Under the pieces are notes generated by a model that was not told the DNA's origin, did not search any database, and saw only the letters and a program-made list of their open reading frames with translations. A stretch of DNA of 64,000 nt, taken from assembly GCA_963825525.1 (NCBI GenBank), contig CAWGTN010000002.1, positions 1,120,001 to 1,184,000 of the forward strand, read 5' to 3'. Shown piece after piece: positions 42,157 through 51,875 of this stretch (the first letter of the stretch is position 1; the number at the start of each line of letters is the position of its first letter). The stretch is from an uncultured Chloroflexia bacterium. Lineage in GTDB: Bacteria; Chloroflexota; Limnocylindria; QHBO01. Both the position numbers and the translations under genes were made by a program.

Positions 42157-42704
42157 CGGCGCTCGTCCGCCGGCCAGTCACCTCGAAAGCGGATGATCGG
42201 GCAGGGGATCTCCCCGAGCACCCAGTCGTGCGCGGCGTCCAGCCGCAACCCGCGCGCCAGGTAGAAGCGCGTCGCACGCTCGTTATGGCGGAAGGCCCAC
42301 ACCACGAATGGGGCAAAGTCGCGCTCGCGGAGATCTGCCACCGCATGCTCGTACAGCGAGCGCCCGAGCCCGGTGCCGATCGCGTCCGGATCGACGTAGA
42401 GGTTCGTCAGCTCACCGGCCCCATCGGGCGGTGGCAGCCAGGTTGATTCACCCGGGGCGGTGGTGGCGTAGCCGAGCAGGACACCGCCGCGTTGGCCGAC
42501 CCAGCGTCGCGCGGCGCCGGGCGGGCCTGCAGCCGTCAGCGTGTCACGCCATTGCTGCGGGACCGTCGCGATCCACTCGTCGAGCACGGGGTCCGGGACG
42601 ATGCCCCGATAGGTGACCTCCCACGTCCGCTGGCTGATGCGTCCCAGCGCCTCCGCGTCCGAAGGCTCTGCCGCGCGGATGACCGTGTCGGGGTCACCCG
42701 CCAT
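42153..42704 (-). CDS. GNAT family N-acetyltransferase
   Basis: IRAAEPSDA, GELTNLYVDP..IGTGLG, NERATRFY; overlaps both treS and mak. Confidence 0.88.
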   Translation of the reverse strand: MAGDPDTVIRAAEPSDAEALGRISQRTWEVTYRGIVPDPVLDEWIATVPQQWRDTLTAAGPPGAARRWVGQRGGVLLGYATTAPGESTWLPPPDGAGELTNLYVDPDAIGTGLGRSLYEHAVADLRERDFAPFVVWAFRHNERATRFYLARGLRLDAAHDWVLGEIPCPIIRFRGDWPADERR

Positions 42705-44364
42705 CGGTGAGCTCGAACCAGAAGAAGTCGTGCGGCCCCAGCGTCAGCAGATACGGCAGCTCGCCGACCGCCGGGAAGTGCACGCGCCCGATGAGCTCGA
42801 CCGGCACGCGGCCGGCGAAGCGGCCGAGATCCAGCTCCACGTACTGGGCGAATCGCGACAGGTTCGCCACGCACAGGATCGAGACGCCCTCGTGCTCGCG
42901 GAGGTAGGCAAGCACCTTTCGGTTCTCCGGATGCAGGAAGTCCAGCGAGCCGCGGCCGAAGACAGGATGCGTGCGGCGGACGCGGATGAGGCGCTTCATC
43001 CAGTTGAGCAGCGAACCCGGGACGCGATCCTGCGATTCGACATTGACCGCCTGGTATCCGTAGACCGGGTCGGCGACCAGCGGCGCGTACAGCGCATGGA
43101 TATCCGACTTGCTGAAGCCCGCGTTGCGATCGCCGGTCCACTGCATCGGCGTGCGGACGCCGTTGCGGTCGCCCAGGTAGACGTTGTCGCCCATCCCGAT
43201 CTCGTCACCGTAGTAGATGACCGGCGTGCCGTGCATGCTGAAGAGCAGCGAGTTCAGGAGCTCGATCCGGCGCCGGGAGTTGTCGACCAGCGGGGCGAGG
43301 CGCCGCCGGATGCCAACGTTGATCCGCATCCGCGCGTCCTTCGCGTACTCGGTGTACATGTAGTCACGCTCTTCATCCGTGACCATCTCGAGCGTCAGCT
43401 CGTCGTGGTTGCGCAGGAAGAGCGCCCATTGCGCTCCATCGGGCAGCTCCGGCGTCTGTTCCATGATCTCGACGATCGGAAATCGATCCTCTCGTCGAAG
43501 CGCGATCCAGATCCTGGGCATGAGCGGAAAGTGGAACGCCATGTGGCATTCGGGCTCCTCGGCGGTGCCGAAGTACGGCAGCACGTCCGGGGCCCACTGG
43601 TTCGCCTCGGCCAGCAGCATGCGGCCCTCGTAGCGCGCATCCATGTCCGCCCGAATGCGCCGCAGGACCGCATGCGTCTCCGGAAGGTTCTCCCCGCTCG
43701 TGCCCTCGCGTTCGACGAGATAGGGCACCGCGTCGAGCCGGAGCCCATCGACGCCCAGGTCCAGCCAGAAGCGCATGACCCGGATCACGGCCTTGACGAC
43801 CTGGGGGTTGTCGAAGTTCAGATCAGGCTGGTGGCTGAAGAAGCGATGCCAGTAATACTGCTGCGACTCCTGGTCCCAGGTCCAGTTGCTGGTCTCGGTG
43901 TCGGTGAAGATGATCCGGGCATCGCTGTACTTCTGGTCGGTGTCGCTCCACACGTACCAGTCGCGCTTCGGATTCTTCCTGCTCGATCGCGACTCGACGA
44001 ACCACGGGTGCTGGTCGCTGGTGTGGTTGATGACCAGCTCGGTGATGACCCGCAGCCCGCGCCGATGCGCCTCGCGCACGAATGCCCGGAACTCCTTGAG
44101 CGACCCATAGTCCGGATGGACCTGGGTGAACGCCGCGATGTCGTACCCGTCATCGCGCAGGGGCGACGGGTAGAACGGCAATAGCCAGACGGCGGTAACG
44201 CCCAGGCTGGCGATGTAGTCGAGACGCTCCGCCAATCCCAGGAAGTCGCCCACGCCATCGTTCGTCGAGTCCATGAAGGCCTTGACGTGGAGCTGGTAGA
44301 TGATCGCATCGCGGTACCACTCGGGGTCATCGCGCAGCAGCTGCGGTGCGCCACTCACGGTCAT
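42694..44364 (-). CDS. treS: Trehalose synthase (maltose alpha-D-glucosyltransferase)
   Basis: WYRDAIIYQ, SPLRDDGYDI, INHTSDQHPWF, HRFFSHQPDLN, RLDAVPYL, FLRNHDELTLE; GGAGG RBS. Confidence 0.96.
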   Translation of the reverse strand: MTVSGAPQLLRDDPEWYRDAIIYQLHVKAFMDSTNDGVGDFLGLAERLDYIASLGVTAVWLLPFYPSPLRDDGYDIAAFTQVHPDYGSLKEFRAFVREAHRRGLRVITELVINHTSDQHPWFVESRSSRKNPKRDWYVWSDTDQKYSDARIIFTDTETSNWTWDQESQQYYWHRFFSHQPDLNFDNPQVVKAVIRVMRFWLDLGVDGLRLDAVPYLVEREGTSGENLPETHAVLRRIRADMDARYEGRMLLAEANQWAPDVLPYFGTAEEPECHMAFHFPLMPRIWIALRREDRFPIVEIMEQTPELPDGAQWALFLRNHDELTLEMVTDEERDYMYTEYAKDARMRINVGIRRRLAPLVDNSRRRIELLNSLLFSMHGTPVIYYGDEIGMGDNVYLGDRNGVRTPMQWTGDRNAGFSKSDIHALYAPLVADPVYGYQAVNVESQDRVPGSLLNWMKRLIRVRRTHPVFGRGSLDFLHPENRKVLAYLREHEGVSILCVANLSRFAQYVELDLGRFAGRVPVELIGRVHFPAVGELPYLLTLGPHDFFWFELTDGG

Positions 44365-44411
44365 CGGCCTGGGTGCCTCCTGCGTTTGAGAACTGGTGTG
44401 CGCCGGGCGGG

Positions 44412-46507
44412 TCAGCCGCGGGCCGGCCGGTCCACGGGAGAAATCGTGAAGATGCGGAACGGGTCCCCCGCCGGGTCGAGAACCATCGACAGGTCGGCGC
44501 CGACCTCGCGGGATGTCGCTCCGCTGAGGAGATCGGTCACCACGTACGGTTCGTCCCATGCGATGCCGACTGCCGGAAGGTCCGGGTGCAGGATGGCACG
44601 CTCGGGGGCCGTCGGGTCGCAGTTCACCGCCACGTACACCGGATCTCGCCACCCTTGCGGGTGACCGGTGAGCGGATCGAGCGGGCCGTCCGGCAGTGCC
44701 TTTCGATAGAAGAGCGTCCGGGTTCCCGAAACGTTCTCGAATCGGAGGTTGTCGTACAGCTGGAGCGGCGCGAGCTCGTGGCGCAGCCGGTTGAGCTCGC
44801 CCAGCAGCAACTTGATGTTGCCCCCGGCGTCCCAGTCACGCACGCGAACCTCGTACTTCTCGCTGTCCAGGTACTCCTCCCGCTCGCCGAGTCGCGCCGA
44901 CTCGCACAGCTCCCAGCCGGAGTAGATGCCGAAGCTCGACGAGAGGGTCGCGGCCAGCACGCTGCGAATGACAAACGCCGGACGGCCATGGTCCAGGTGG
45001 TGCGGATTGATGTCGTGCGTGTTCGTGAACAGGTTGCCGCGGAAGTACTCGCGCATCTCGGATTGCGTCAGCTCGGCGAGGTAATCGCGCAGGTCCGCCG
45101 CCGATTCACGCCAGGTGAAGTACGTGTAGCTCTGGGTGAAGCCGATCTTGGCCAGCATGCGCATCATCTTCGGCTTGGTGAAGGCCTCTGACAGGAAGAT
45201 CACGTCCGGATGCTGCGACTGGATCTCCCGAATCAGCCACGCCCAGAACGGAATCGGCTTGGTGTGCGGATTGTCGACCCGAAAGATTTTCACGCCTCGC
45301 TCGATCCAGACCTCGAAGACCCGCTTGAGCTCGGTCCACAGGGCGGCGCGCTCCGTCGCATTCTCGCCCTCGAAGAAGACCGGGTAGATGTCCTGGTACT
45401 TCTTCGGCGGATTCTCGGCGTACTTGATCGAACCGTCGGGCGCCCGCCGGAACCAGTCGGGATGCGAGGACACATAGGGATGGTCGGGCGAGGCCTGGAT
45501 CGCGATGTCGATCGCAACCTCCATGCCGTGGGCCTCGACCTGCTCCCGGAAGTGGAGGAACTGTTCGAGGCCGCCCAACTCTGGGGCCACGGCATCGTGT
45601 CCGCCCTCGGGTGAGCCGATGCCGTACGGCGAGCCGACGTCGTCGGCGGCGGCCTCGAGCGCGTTGTTGCGCCCCTTGCGATTCGTCGTGCCGATCGGAT
45701 GGATGGGCATCAGGTACAGGACGTCGAAGCCCATGGCCGCGATGTCGCGGGATGCGCCACTCGGCCTCGGCGAAGGTGGTGGCCGTCGAGCGCTTCGGAT
45801 CCGGGCCCTGGGAGCGGGGGAACATCGCGTACCAGGCCCCGAAACGGGCGAGCTCGCGATCGACCATCAGCGGCAGCTCGGCCGAGCGCGATGCGTGGCT
45901 TCGGTCCGGATGGCGGCGCATGGCCGCCAGCACGTCCTCGTCCGTGAAGGCGGCGATGCGCGTCGCCGCCGATCGAGCCCGCTTCCCAGCAGCCAACGCC
46001 GCGCCGATGCGCTTGACGTCCCCGGCTACTCTCCCGGCCCTGGCCCGCGTGAGCGCCTCCTCGATCAGGAGGCGTCCCTCCTCGAGCTCCGTCGGTACCG
46101 GCAGCCCGGCCTCGACCTTGCGCATCAGTCCGTCACGCCACGACCCGAAGCGATCGCGCCAGGCCTCGACCGCGTAGACGTGGCGTCGGTTGCGAGCCAG
46201 GTCGATCTCGCCGGACCAGCGGTCGTTCTCGATCATCCGCATCGGCGCCTCGCGCCACGGCGTCCTCGTCATCGGCCCGCAGCAGGAGCACCGCGTCAAG
46301 CAGGTCGTGCCCGTCGGCGAAGATGTCCGCGGTGACGAGAAGGCGATCACCGACCACGCGCTTCACGGCGTGACGTCCCCCGTCGATCTCGGGCGCAACG
46401 CGCTCGATCACGACGCTGCGCCGGTGGCCGATGGCGTCAGCACCGGGCTCGGCATCCGGGGTCACCGTGGCGATGGCGTGGCGAACGCCGGCTTTCGTGG
46501 AGGTCAT
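44412..46507 (-). CDS. glgE: Alpha-1,4-glucan:maltose-1-phosphate maltosyltransferase; two apparent +1 frameshifts (about 46259 and 45748)
   Basis: Three consecutive frames give VVIERVAP...FADGHD / WREAPM...DRW...GAWYAMFPRS / DIAAMGFDVLYL.PIHPIG...ENPPKKYQDIY...FRVDNPHTKP...SEKYE. Confidence 0.92.
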
Positions 46508-46579
46508 CGGTAGGTAAAACCCTACCCGATCAGTTCGCTCTCCGGCAGAAACAGCCGAAGTCCGCCAGAATTCGCGGCG

Positions 46580-47845
46580 ATGCATCATCCTCGCGCAGCC
46601 GCGGCGCTCCTGGTCGGGGCGCTCGGCCTCTCGCTCACAGCGTGCGGCACCCCGGACACCTCGCCGAGCCACGGGGTTTCGCCCACGGCCTCGGCCAGCG
46701 ATCAGCCGTCGACGTCTCCGGAGTCGGCATCTGCCTCGGTCACGCCCTCGGCGAGCCCCCGCGTGTCAGCGACGCCTCCGCCGGTGGCGCTCGAGGCGGT
46801 GGCCGAGGGCCTGTCGTCACCGATCGGCATCGCACCGGCCCCGGCCGGCTGGATCATCGTCAACGAGCAGGCGGGCCGGGCGGTGGCCGTCGACCCGGCG
46901 AGCGGCGAAACGGTCACGACCCTGGATATCCGCGACCGGGTCGGCTCCGGAGGCGAGCGTGGCCTGCTGGGCCTCGCCCTTCATCCCGACTGGCCTCGCG
47001 ACGATCGCGCCTTCGTGCACTACAGCGACGCGGACGGGAACACCGTGCTCGCCGAATTCACCGGGTCACAGGATGGCGATTCGGCGCCGGTACTGGATCC
47101 GGCGTCCGAGACCGTCCTGCTCACCGCCCAGCAGCCGTTCCCGAACCACAACGGCGGCCAGGTGGCGTTCGGACCCGATGGATACCTGTGGATGGCACTC
47201 GGGGACGGCGGCGCCGGCGGCGACCCGATGGGCAACGGACAGGAACCGGCCACGCTCCTGGGCAGCATCCTGCGACTGGACGTCTCGGCACGAGGGTCCT
47301 ATGCCATCCCGGAGGACAACCCGTTCGCCGACGGTACGGGCGGAGCCCCCGAGGTCTACCTCTACGGTCTCCGCAATCCGTGGCGCTTCAGCTTCGACAA
47401 CCAGACCGGCGCGCTGTGGGTCGCCGATGTCGGTCAGGGCGCCCGCGAGGAGGTCAACCGCCTGGATCCGACAGAGGGCGGGGCGAATCTCGGCTGGAAC
47501 GTGATGGAGGGCAGCGCCTGCTACGAGGCGGCCGAATGCGCCACGGATGGCCTGGTGCTGCCGGTGGCCGAGTACGGCCACGACATCGGCTGCTCGGTGA
47601 CGGGCGGGGCGGTCTACCGCGGGGATGCGATCGAGGACCTCGTCGGCTGGTACCTCATGTCCGACTACTGCAGCGGGCTCCTGTTCGGAGTCCGCTCTGA
47701 CACCCCGTCGAACGCGGTCGCCGAGCCGCTCGTGATGCTGGAAACCGGTGCCCGCGTCAGCAGCATCGGAGCCGACGAAGGTGGCGAGCTGTACCTCACG
47801 GATCTCAGCAGCGGCACCCTCTACCGGATCGTCTCCGGAGGCTGA
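46580..47845 (+). CDS. PQQ-dependent soluble sugar dehydrogenase-like lipoprotein (glucose/sorbosone dehydrogenase family)
   Basis: Lipobox LTAC, Ser/Pro linker, GERGLLGLALHP, NHNGGQVAFGPDGYL, YGLRNPWRFSFD, ADVGQ, SVTGG. Confidence 0.9.
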   Translation: MHHPRAAAALLVGALGLSLTACGTPDTSPSHGVSPTASASDQPSTSPESASASVTPSASPRVSATPPPVALEAVAEGLSSPIGIAPAPAGWIIVNEQAGRAVAVDPASGETVTTLDIRDRVGSGGERGLLGLALHPDWPRDDRAFVHYSDADGNTVLAEFTGSQDGDSAPVLDPASETVLLTAQQPFPNHNGGQVAFGPDGYLWMALGDGGAGGDPMGNGQEPATLLGSILRLDVSARGSYAIPEDNPFADGTGGAPEVYLYGLRNPWRFSFDNQTGALWVADVGQGAREEVNRLDPTEGGANLGWNVMEGSACYEAAECATDGLVLPVAEYGHDIGCSVTGGAVYRGDAIEDLVGWYLMSDYCSGLLFGVRSDTPSNAVAEPLVMLETGARVSSIGADEGGELYLTDLSSGTLYRIVSGG

Positions 47846-48530
47846 GCCAGCGCGCCGACGGCGCGCATCGAGGTCCAGCGACCTCGGCCGATCACGAGGT
47901 GGTCGAGCAGCTCAATGTCGAGCAGCCGACCGGCCTGCGCCGAGTTCGGTGGTGATCCGCAGGTCCTCGCCCGAGGGAGCGACGTCTCCCGATGGATGGT
48001 TGTGAACGACGATGATCGCCGCGGCGCAGCGCGCGCACCGCATCCCGGAACACCTCGCCCACGCGCACGGACGAGCCTGCCAGGTTGCCCCGATACACGG
48101 TGCGCTCTGCGGTGACGACGTTCTTGGTGTCGAGGATGAGGACCCGGAGCTCCTCGCGATCAAGCGACGCCATGGCGTCCACCAGTGGCTCAGCCGCATC
48201 GGTCGGTGAGCGGATCACCCACGGCTGGGCGGGGAAGTCCGCGCGACGCGCCGGCCGACCTCCGTGCAGGCCGCGACCCGCAGGTGCGGCCGCCGCGGAC
48301 AGCCCTGCCAGCCGCAGCTCCACCGGGTGTGCCCGCGTCACCGCCCCGAGCGAGCCGAACCGATCGATCAGGCGCCGCGCGATCCTCGGCTGAGGGCCGC
48401 GCTCGCCCAATACCGTCGCGAGCAGCTCTTCCTCACTGGCCGCTTCGACGCCGTGGCGGTCGATGATGCCCGACACGCGGCCAGCCGCGGCGGCGATGGG
48501 CATCGGGGTCGGGAGCCGGTCGCGAGTCAT
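47821..48530 (-). pseudogene. radC: RadC-family JAB domain protein, frameshifted (at least two indels; may be assembly error)
   Basis: ELLATVLG...[16 protein letters not shown], then [15 protein letters not shown] and [13 protein letters not shown] in successive frames (shifts at about 48033 and 47941; possibly a compensating pair near 48240-48285). Confidence 0.8.
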
Positions 48531-48588
48531 TGCCCGGACGGTATCGAGCGCCGATGATCGACCGCTTACGAACCGATTATCGAGCCGA

Positions 48589-49536
48589 TCAGACCGGGAG
48601 CCGAATGACCTCGAATCGCGCGAGCAGGGCAACGGCCACGGAGATTCCGTTGACGGTGGCGTGCATCGCCATCGGCGCCAGGAGGTTGCCGGTGCGCGTG
48701 TAGATCCAGGCGAGCGCCAGCCCCAGCAGGAAGATCGGTACCACCGCCACCAGCGAGACATGGATCACCGCGAACAGTGCCGCCGAGCCGATGAAGGCCC
48801 AGCGCCGGCCGCGTTCACGGAGCCAGGCATTGAAGACCACGCCGCGGAAGAAGACCTCCTCCGCGATCGGCGCCAGGATGACCACGGCAACGACGACCAG
48901 CACCGGATCGACCGTCGCGATGGCCCGCTCCGCGGCCTGCGGCTCAACGCCGATCCCCACGCGCTCCAGGATCCACACCACGGCCGCCACGACGAGCGTG
49001 GAGCCGACCCACGCGACGATCCCCCAGCCGAAGCCGCGACGCAGGGCACCGATCGGGTCGCGACCGGGGAGGGACGGCAGCGCGCTCAGGGCCCCGGGCA
49101 GAAAGACGAGGAACCAGCTGACGAGCAGGAGCGACACCTGCGTCGCCATGAGAATGACGGCGGCTCCCAGGGCTGTCAGCACGCCCGTGCCCAGGACGAG
49201 GGAGGTGGCATCACGCCCGAACGGCGCGGTGAGGATCGTGGTGATCACGAAGACCAGCAGCAGGAGGAGGAGGACCGACGGTCCCCGGTACCGTTCGGGG
49301 GCCAGGAAACGCCTCACCCGCAGCTGCCGGATTGCGACGTACAGCAGGCCGGCAACGAACAGGAAGGCGCCAAGGATGGCCAACCACCCGTAGATCCGCG
49401 TATCGCCGATGTCCAGGGCAAGCTCGGGACTGGTGGCAGCGCCGATGACGCCCAGCGATCCGACGGCGAGGAGCCCGCCGAGTACCGCCATCACCGGTCC
49501 CGGCCAGCCGGGCATGGTCACGGATCCCGGACCCAC
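48589..49536 (-). CDS. CPBP-family (CAAX protease/Abi) intramembrane metalloprotease
   Basis: Multi-TM; APIAEEVFFRG, LFAVIH, AMHATVN. The frame is open upstream to a possible CTG start at 49620. Confidence 0.88.
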   Translation of the reverse strand: MGPGSVTMPGWPGPVMAVLGGLLAVGSLGVIGAATSPELALDIGDTRIYGWLAILGAFLFVAGLLYVAIRQLRVRRFLAPERYRGPSVLLLLLLVFVITTILTAPFGRDATSLVLGTGVLTALGAAVILMATQVSLLLVSWFLVFLPGALSALPSLPGRDPIGALRRGFGWGIVAWVGSTLVVAAVVWILERVGIGVEPQAAERAIATVDPVLVVVAVVILAPIAEEVFFRGVVFNAWLRERGRRWAFIGSAALFAVIHVSLVAVVPIFLLGLALAWIYTRTGNLLAPMAMHATVNGISVAVALLARFEVIRLPV

Positions 49537-49616
49537 GGTGGGATGCGGCCCGGTCGGCAGGGTGCTCGGTCCAGCGGGCTCGCCCGGTTCGGGGCCAGTC
49601 GGTGGCCGGTCGGGGG

Positions 49617-50195
49617 TCAGGTGTTCGGAGCCTCGCGCAGACGCCCGTGCTCAGCGGTGGCGTCCGGCTCGTGCGAAGCGGCGGACGTTGCGCTGCGACG
49701 CGACGGTCGATGCGACTCGCCGCCGAAGTCCGTGCCGCAGAACGCGCACAGCGGCCAGGTCGGATCGGCCAGTCGGTTGCAGGAGGGACAGACCCGATGC
49801 AGACGCGTGCGGCAGTTCGGGCAGACCAGCCATTCGGAGTCGACGCGATCGCGGCAGACCGGACACAGCTCGTTCTTCTCGACCTCGGCCAGCAGGCTCT
49901 CCTCCGCCAGCGAGCGCTCGTAGACCTCGGCCAGCGATTCGCGCGGGCGCACGATGAGGTAAAGAACGACGGCGAAGATGAAGAGCAGCGGCGTGAAGAA
50001 GATGATCAGCGCGGCCGCGAAATACGGGAGGATCGGGTTCTCCGTGCGGGCCTGCATGTCGCGGAATGCCCAGTAGGCGGTCCCGAGCCACAGCAGGACG
50101 ACGTAGATCACGATCAGCTGGCTTGCCAGCTGTACGACCGGATTGCCGAGGAATCCGTCCCAGAACTCGCCGATCGGTCCGAGAATCGCGTCCAT
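49617..50195 (-). CDS. Two-TM membrane protein with C-terminal double zinc ribbon
   Basis: Two hydrophobic helices, LIVRPRESL, CPVC..CPNC..CPSC..CAFC. Confidence 0.85.
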   Translation of the reverse strand: MDAILGPIGEFWDGFLGNPVVQLASQLIVIYVVLLWLGTAYWAFRDMQARTENPILPYFAAALIIFFTPLLFIFAVVLYLIVRPRESLAEVYERSLAEESLLAEVEKNELCPVCRDRVDSEWLVCPNCRTRLHRVCPSCNRLADPTWPLCAFCGTDFGGESHRPSRRSATSAASHEPDATAEHGRLREAPNT

Positions 50196-50845
50196 CAGTA
50201 CCTGTCTGGCCTCTCCTGCGTGGTCTGCGCACCACTCGGAGCGCCACCGATCATGCTAGCACGCATCGTGCCCGCGGCCGGACGGGCCATGAGGGCCAGG
50301 GTCGACACCAGCAGCCGGTGCTCGACGGCGAGAACGCGAGCTGCCAGGCCATCGGCGTCGTCGCCCGCCAGGACCGCGACTCGCTCCTGCGCGAGAACGG
50401 GTCCCGCATCCAGGTCCGCCGTGACTTCGTGAATCGTCACGCCGGTCTCGCGGTCCCCCGCCGCCAGCACGGCGCGGTGGACTGCCAGTCCGACCATCCC
50501 CGCACCACCGTGGGAGGGCAGCAGGCTGGGATGGATGTTGACCGTCCGGCCACCGTAGGCGGCGAAGTACGAGGGTCGAAGCACCTGGTCGTAGCCGGCG
50601 AGGACGACCAGGTCCACGGCCGCCAGGCGCAGCGCACTGCCGATGGCCGCATCCCGCTCGGTCGCGTCCGGATGATCAGCGCGACGCATGACCGATGTCG
50701 GGACGCCATGGCCCTCGGCAACGTCGAGGGCAGGGACGCCGGGGCGATTGCTGATGACGAGGACGGTGTCGACGAACGGGATCCGGCCCTCGAGGATGGC
50801 CCGCAGGTTCGAGCCTCGCCCGGAGACAAGGACCGCGACCCTCAT
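50195..50845 (-). CDS. purN: Phosphoribosylglycinamide formyltransferase
   Basis: VLVSGRGSNL, VVLAGY, NIHPSLLP, TGVTIHEV..DLDAGP; ATGA overlap with purM. Confidence 0.93.
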   Translation of the reverse strand: MRVAVLVSGRGSNLRAILEGRIPFVDTVLVISNRPGVPALDVAEGHGVPTSVMRRADHPDATERDAAIGSALRLAAVDLVVLAGYDQVLRPSYFAAYGGRTVNIHPSLLPSHGGAGMVGLAVHRAVLAAGDRETGVTIHEVTADLDAGPVLAQERVAVLAGDDADGLAARVLAVEHRLLVSTLALMARPAAGTMRASMIGGAPSGAQTTQERPDRY

Positions 50846-51872
50846 GCGAACCGGACGCGCGGCTCGTCCTCGGCGACTGCCACGACGCGGCCGATGCGGT
50901 GCGCGTCCTCGACCGCGGCCAGCGCCGTCGCGACGTGCGCCTCGGGCACGACAACCGTCATGCCGATCCCGAGGTTGAACGTTCGGACCATCTCCTCGTC
51001 GGCGATGTCGGCGCTGGCCTGGATGAGCGTGAAGATCGATGGGATCGGCCACGAGCCTGACTCGACCAGGACGCCAAGTCCCGCCGGCAGCGTGCGTGGC
51101 ACGTTGCCCTCCCAGCCGCCACCCGTGATGTGGGCCAACGCGCCGATATCGGATCCGGCCTTCCTCATCGCGGCCCGCATGGCCCGCACGTCGTCCAGGT
51201 ACGACCGATGTGGCTCCAGCAGTGCATCCCCGACGGTGCGGCCGCCCTCCGGCATCGGCCTGGTCCAGGTCTCCTCCGGCAGAACGCGACGCGCCAGGCT
51301 GTAGCCGTTGGTGTGCAGGCCGGACGATGCCAGCCCGATGACCGCGTCGCCGGGCTCCACCCGCGAGCCGTCGATGAGGTCCGCCCGCGAGACCACGCCC
51401 ACCACGAACCCGGCAAGGTCGTACTCGGCGCCCCGGTAGAGGTCGGGCATCTGCGCCGTCTCGCCGCCGACCAGCGGGACGCCCGCGGCCGCACATCCCG
51501 CGGCGACGCCGCCCACGATCTCCTCGACGATGTCCGCGCGCAGGTCGCCCATGGCGAGGTAGTCGAGGAAGAAGAGCGGGGTCGCTCCGCTGACCACGAT
51601 GTCGTTGACGCAGGCGTTGACCAGGTCGACCCCGATCGTGTCATGCCGTCCGAGGCCGATCGCGACCATGAGCTTCGTCCCCACCCCGTCGGTGCTGCTG
51701 ACAAGGATCGGCTCGGGGTGCAGCGAGGGATCGAAGCGGACCATGCCGCCGAATCCTCCGATCTCGCCGAGCACCGACGGGTTCATCGTGGCCGCGGCGG
51801 CACGTGCAATGCGCTCGACGGCGCGATCGGCCTCCTCCACGTCGACCCCGCCTCGCGGTACGTGCGAGCCAC
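50842..51872 (-). CDS. purM: AIR synthase; apparent 1-nt deletion in a G-run at about 51846-51849
   Basis: GTG start gives MARTYREAG, continuing as VDVEEAD...IGGFGG...STDGVGTK...FFLDYL...GGETAQMP...SSGLHTNGYSL...HITGGG after restoring one G. Confidence 0.93.
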
Positions 51873-51875
51873 CGC

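Noticed and set aside
44412-46507. Programmed ribosomal frameshifting or phase variation in glgE, xylA, purM and others
   Set aside because: No shared slippery sequence or long repeat tract; scattered single indels in unrelated genes fit assembly error better.
47821-49536. radC/JAB plus Abi-family gene as a defence island or mobile element
   Set aside because: Full-length chromosomal RadC architecture and an ordinary CPBP protease; no integrase, E1/E2, nucleotidyltransferase or obvious compositional shift.
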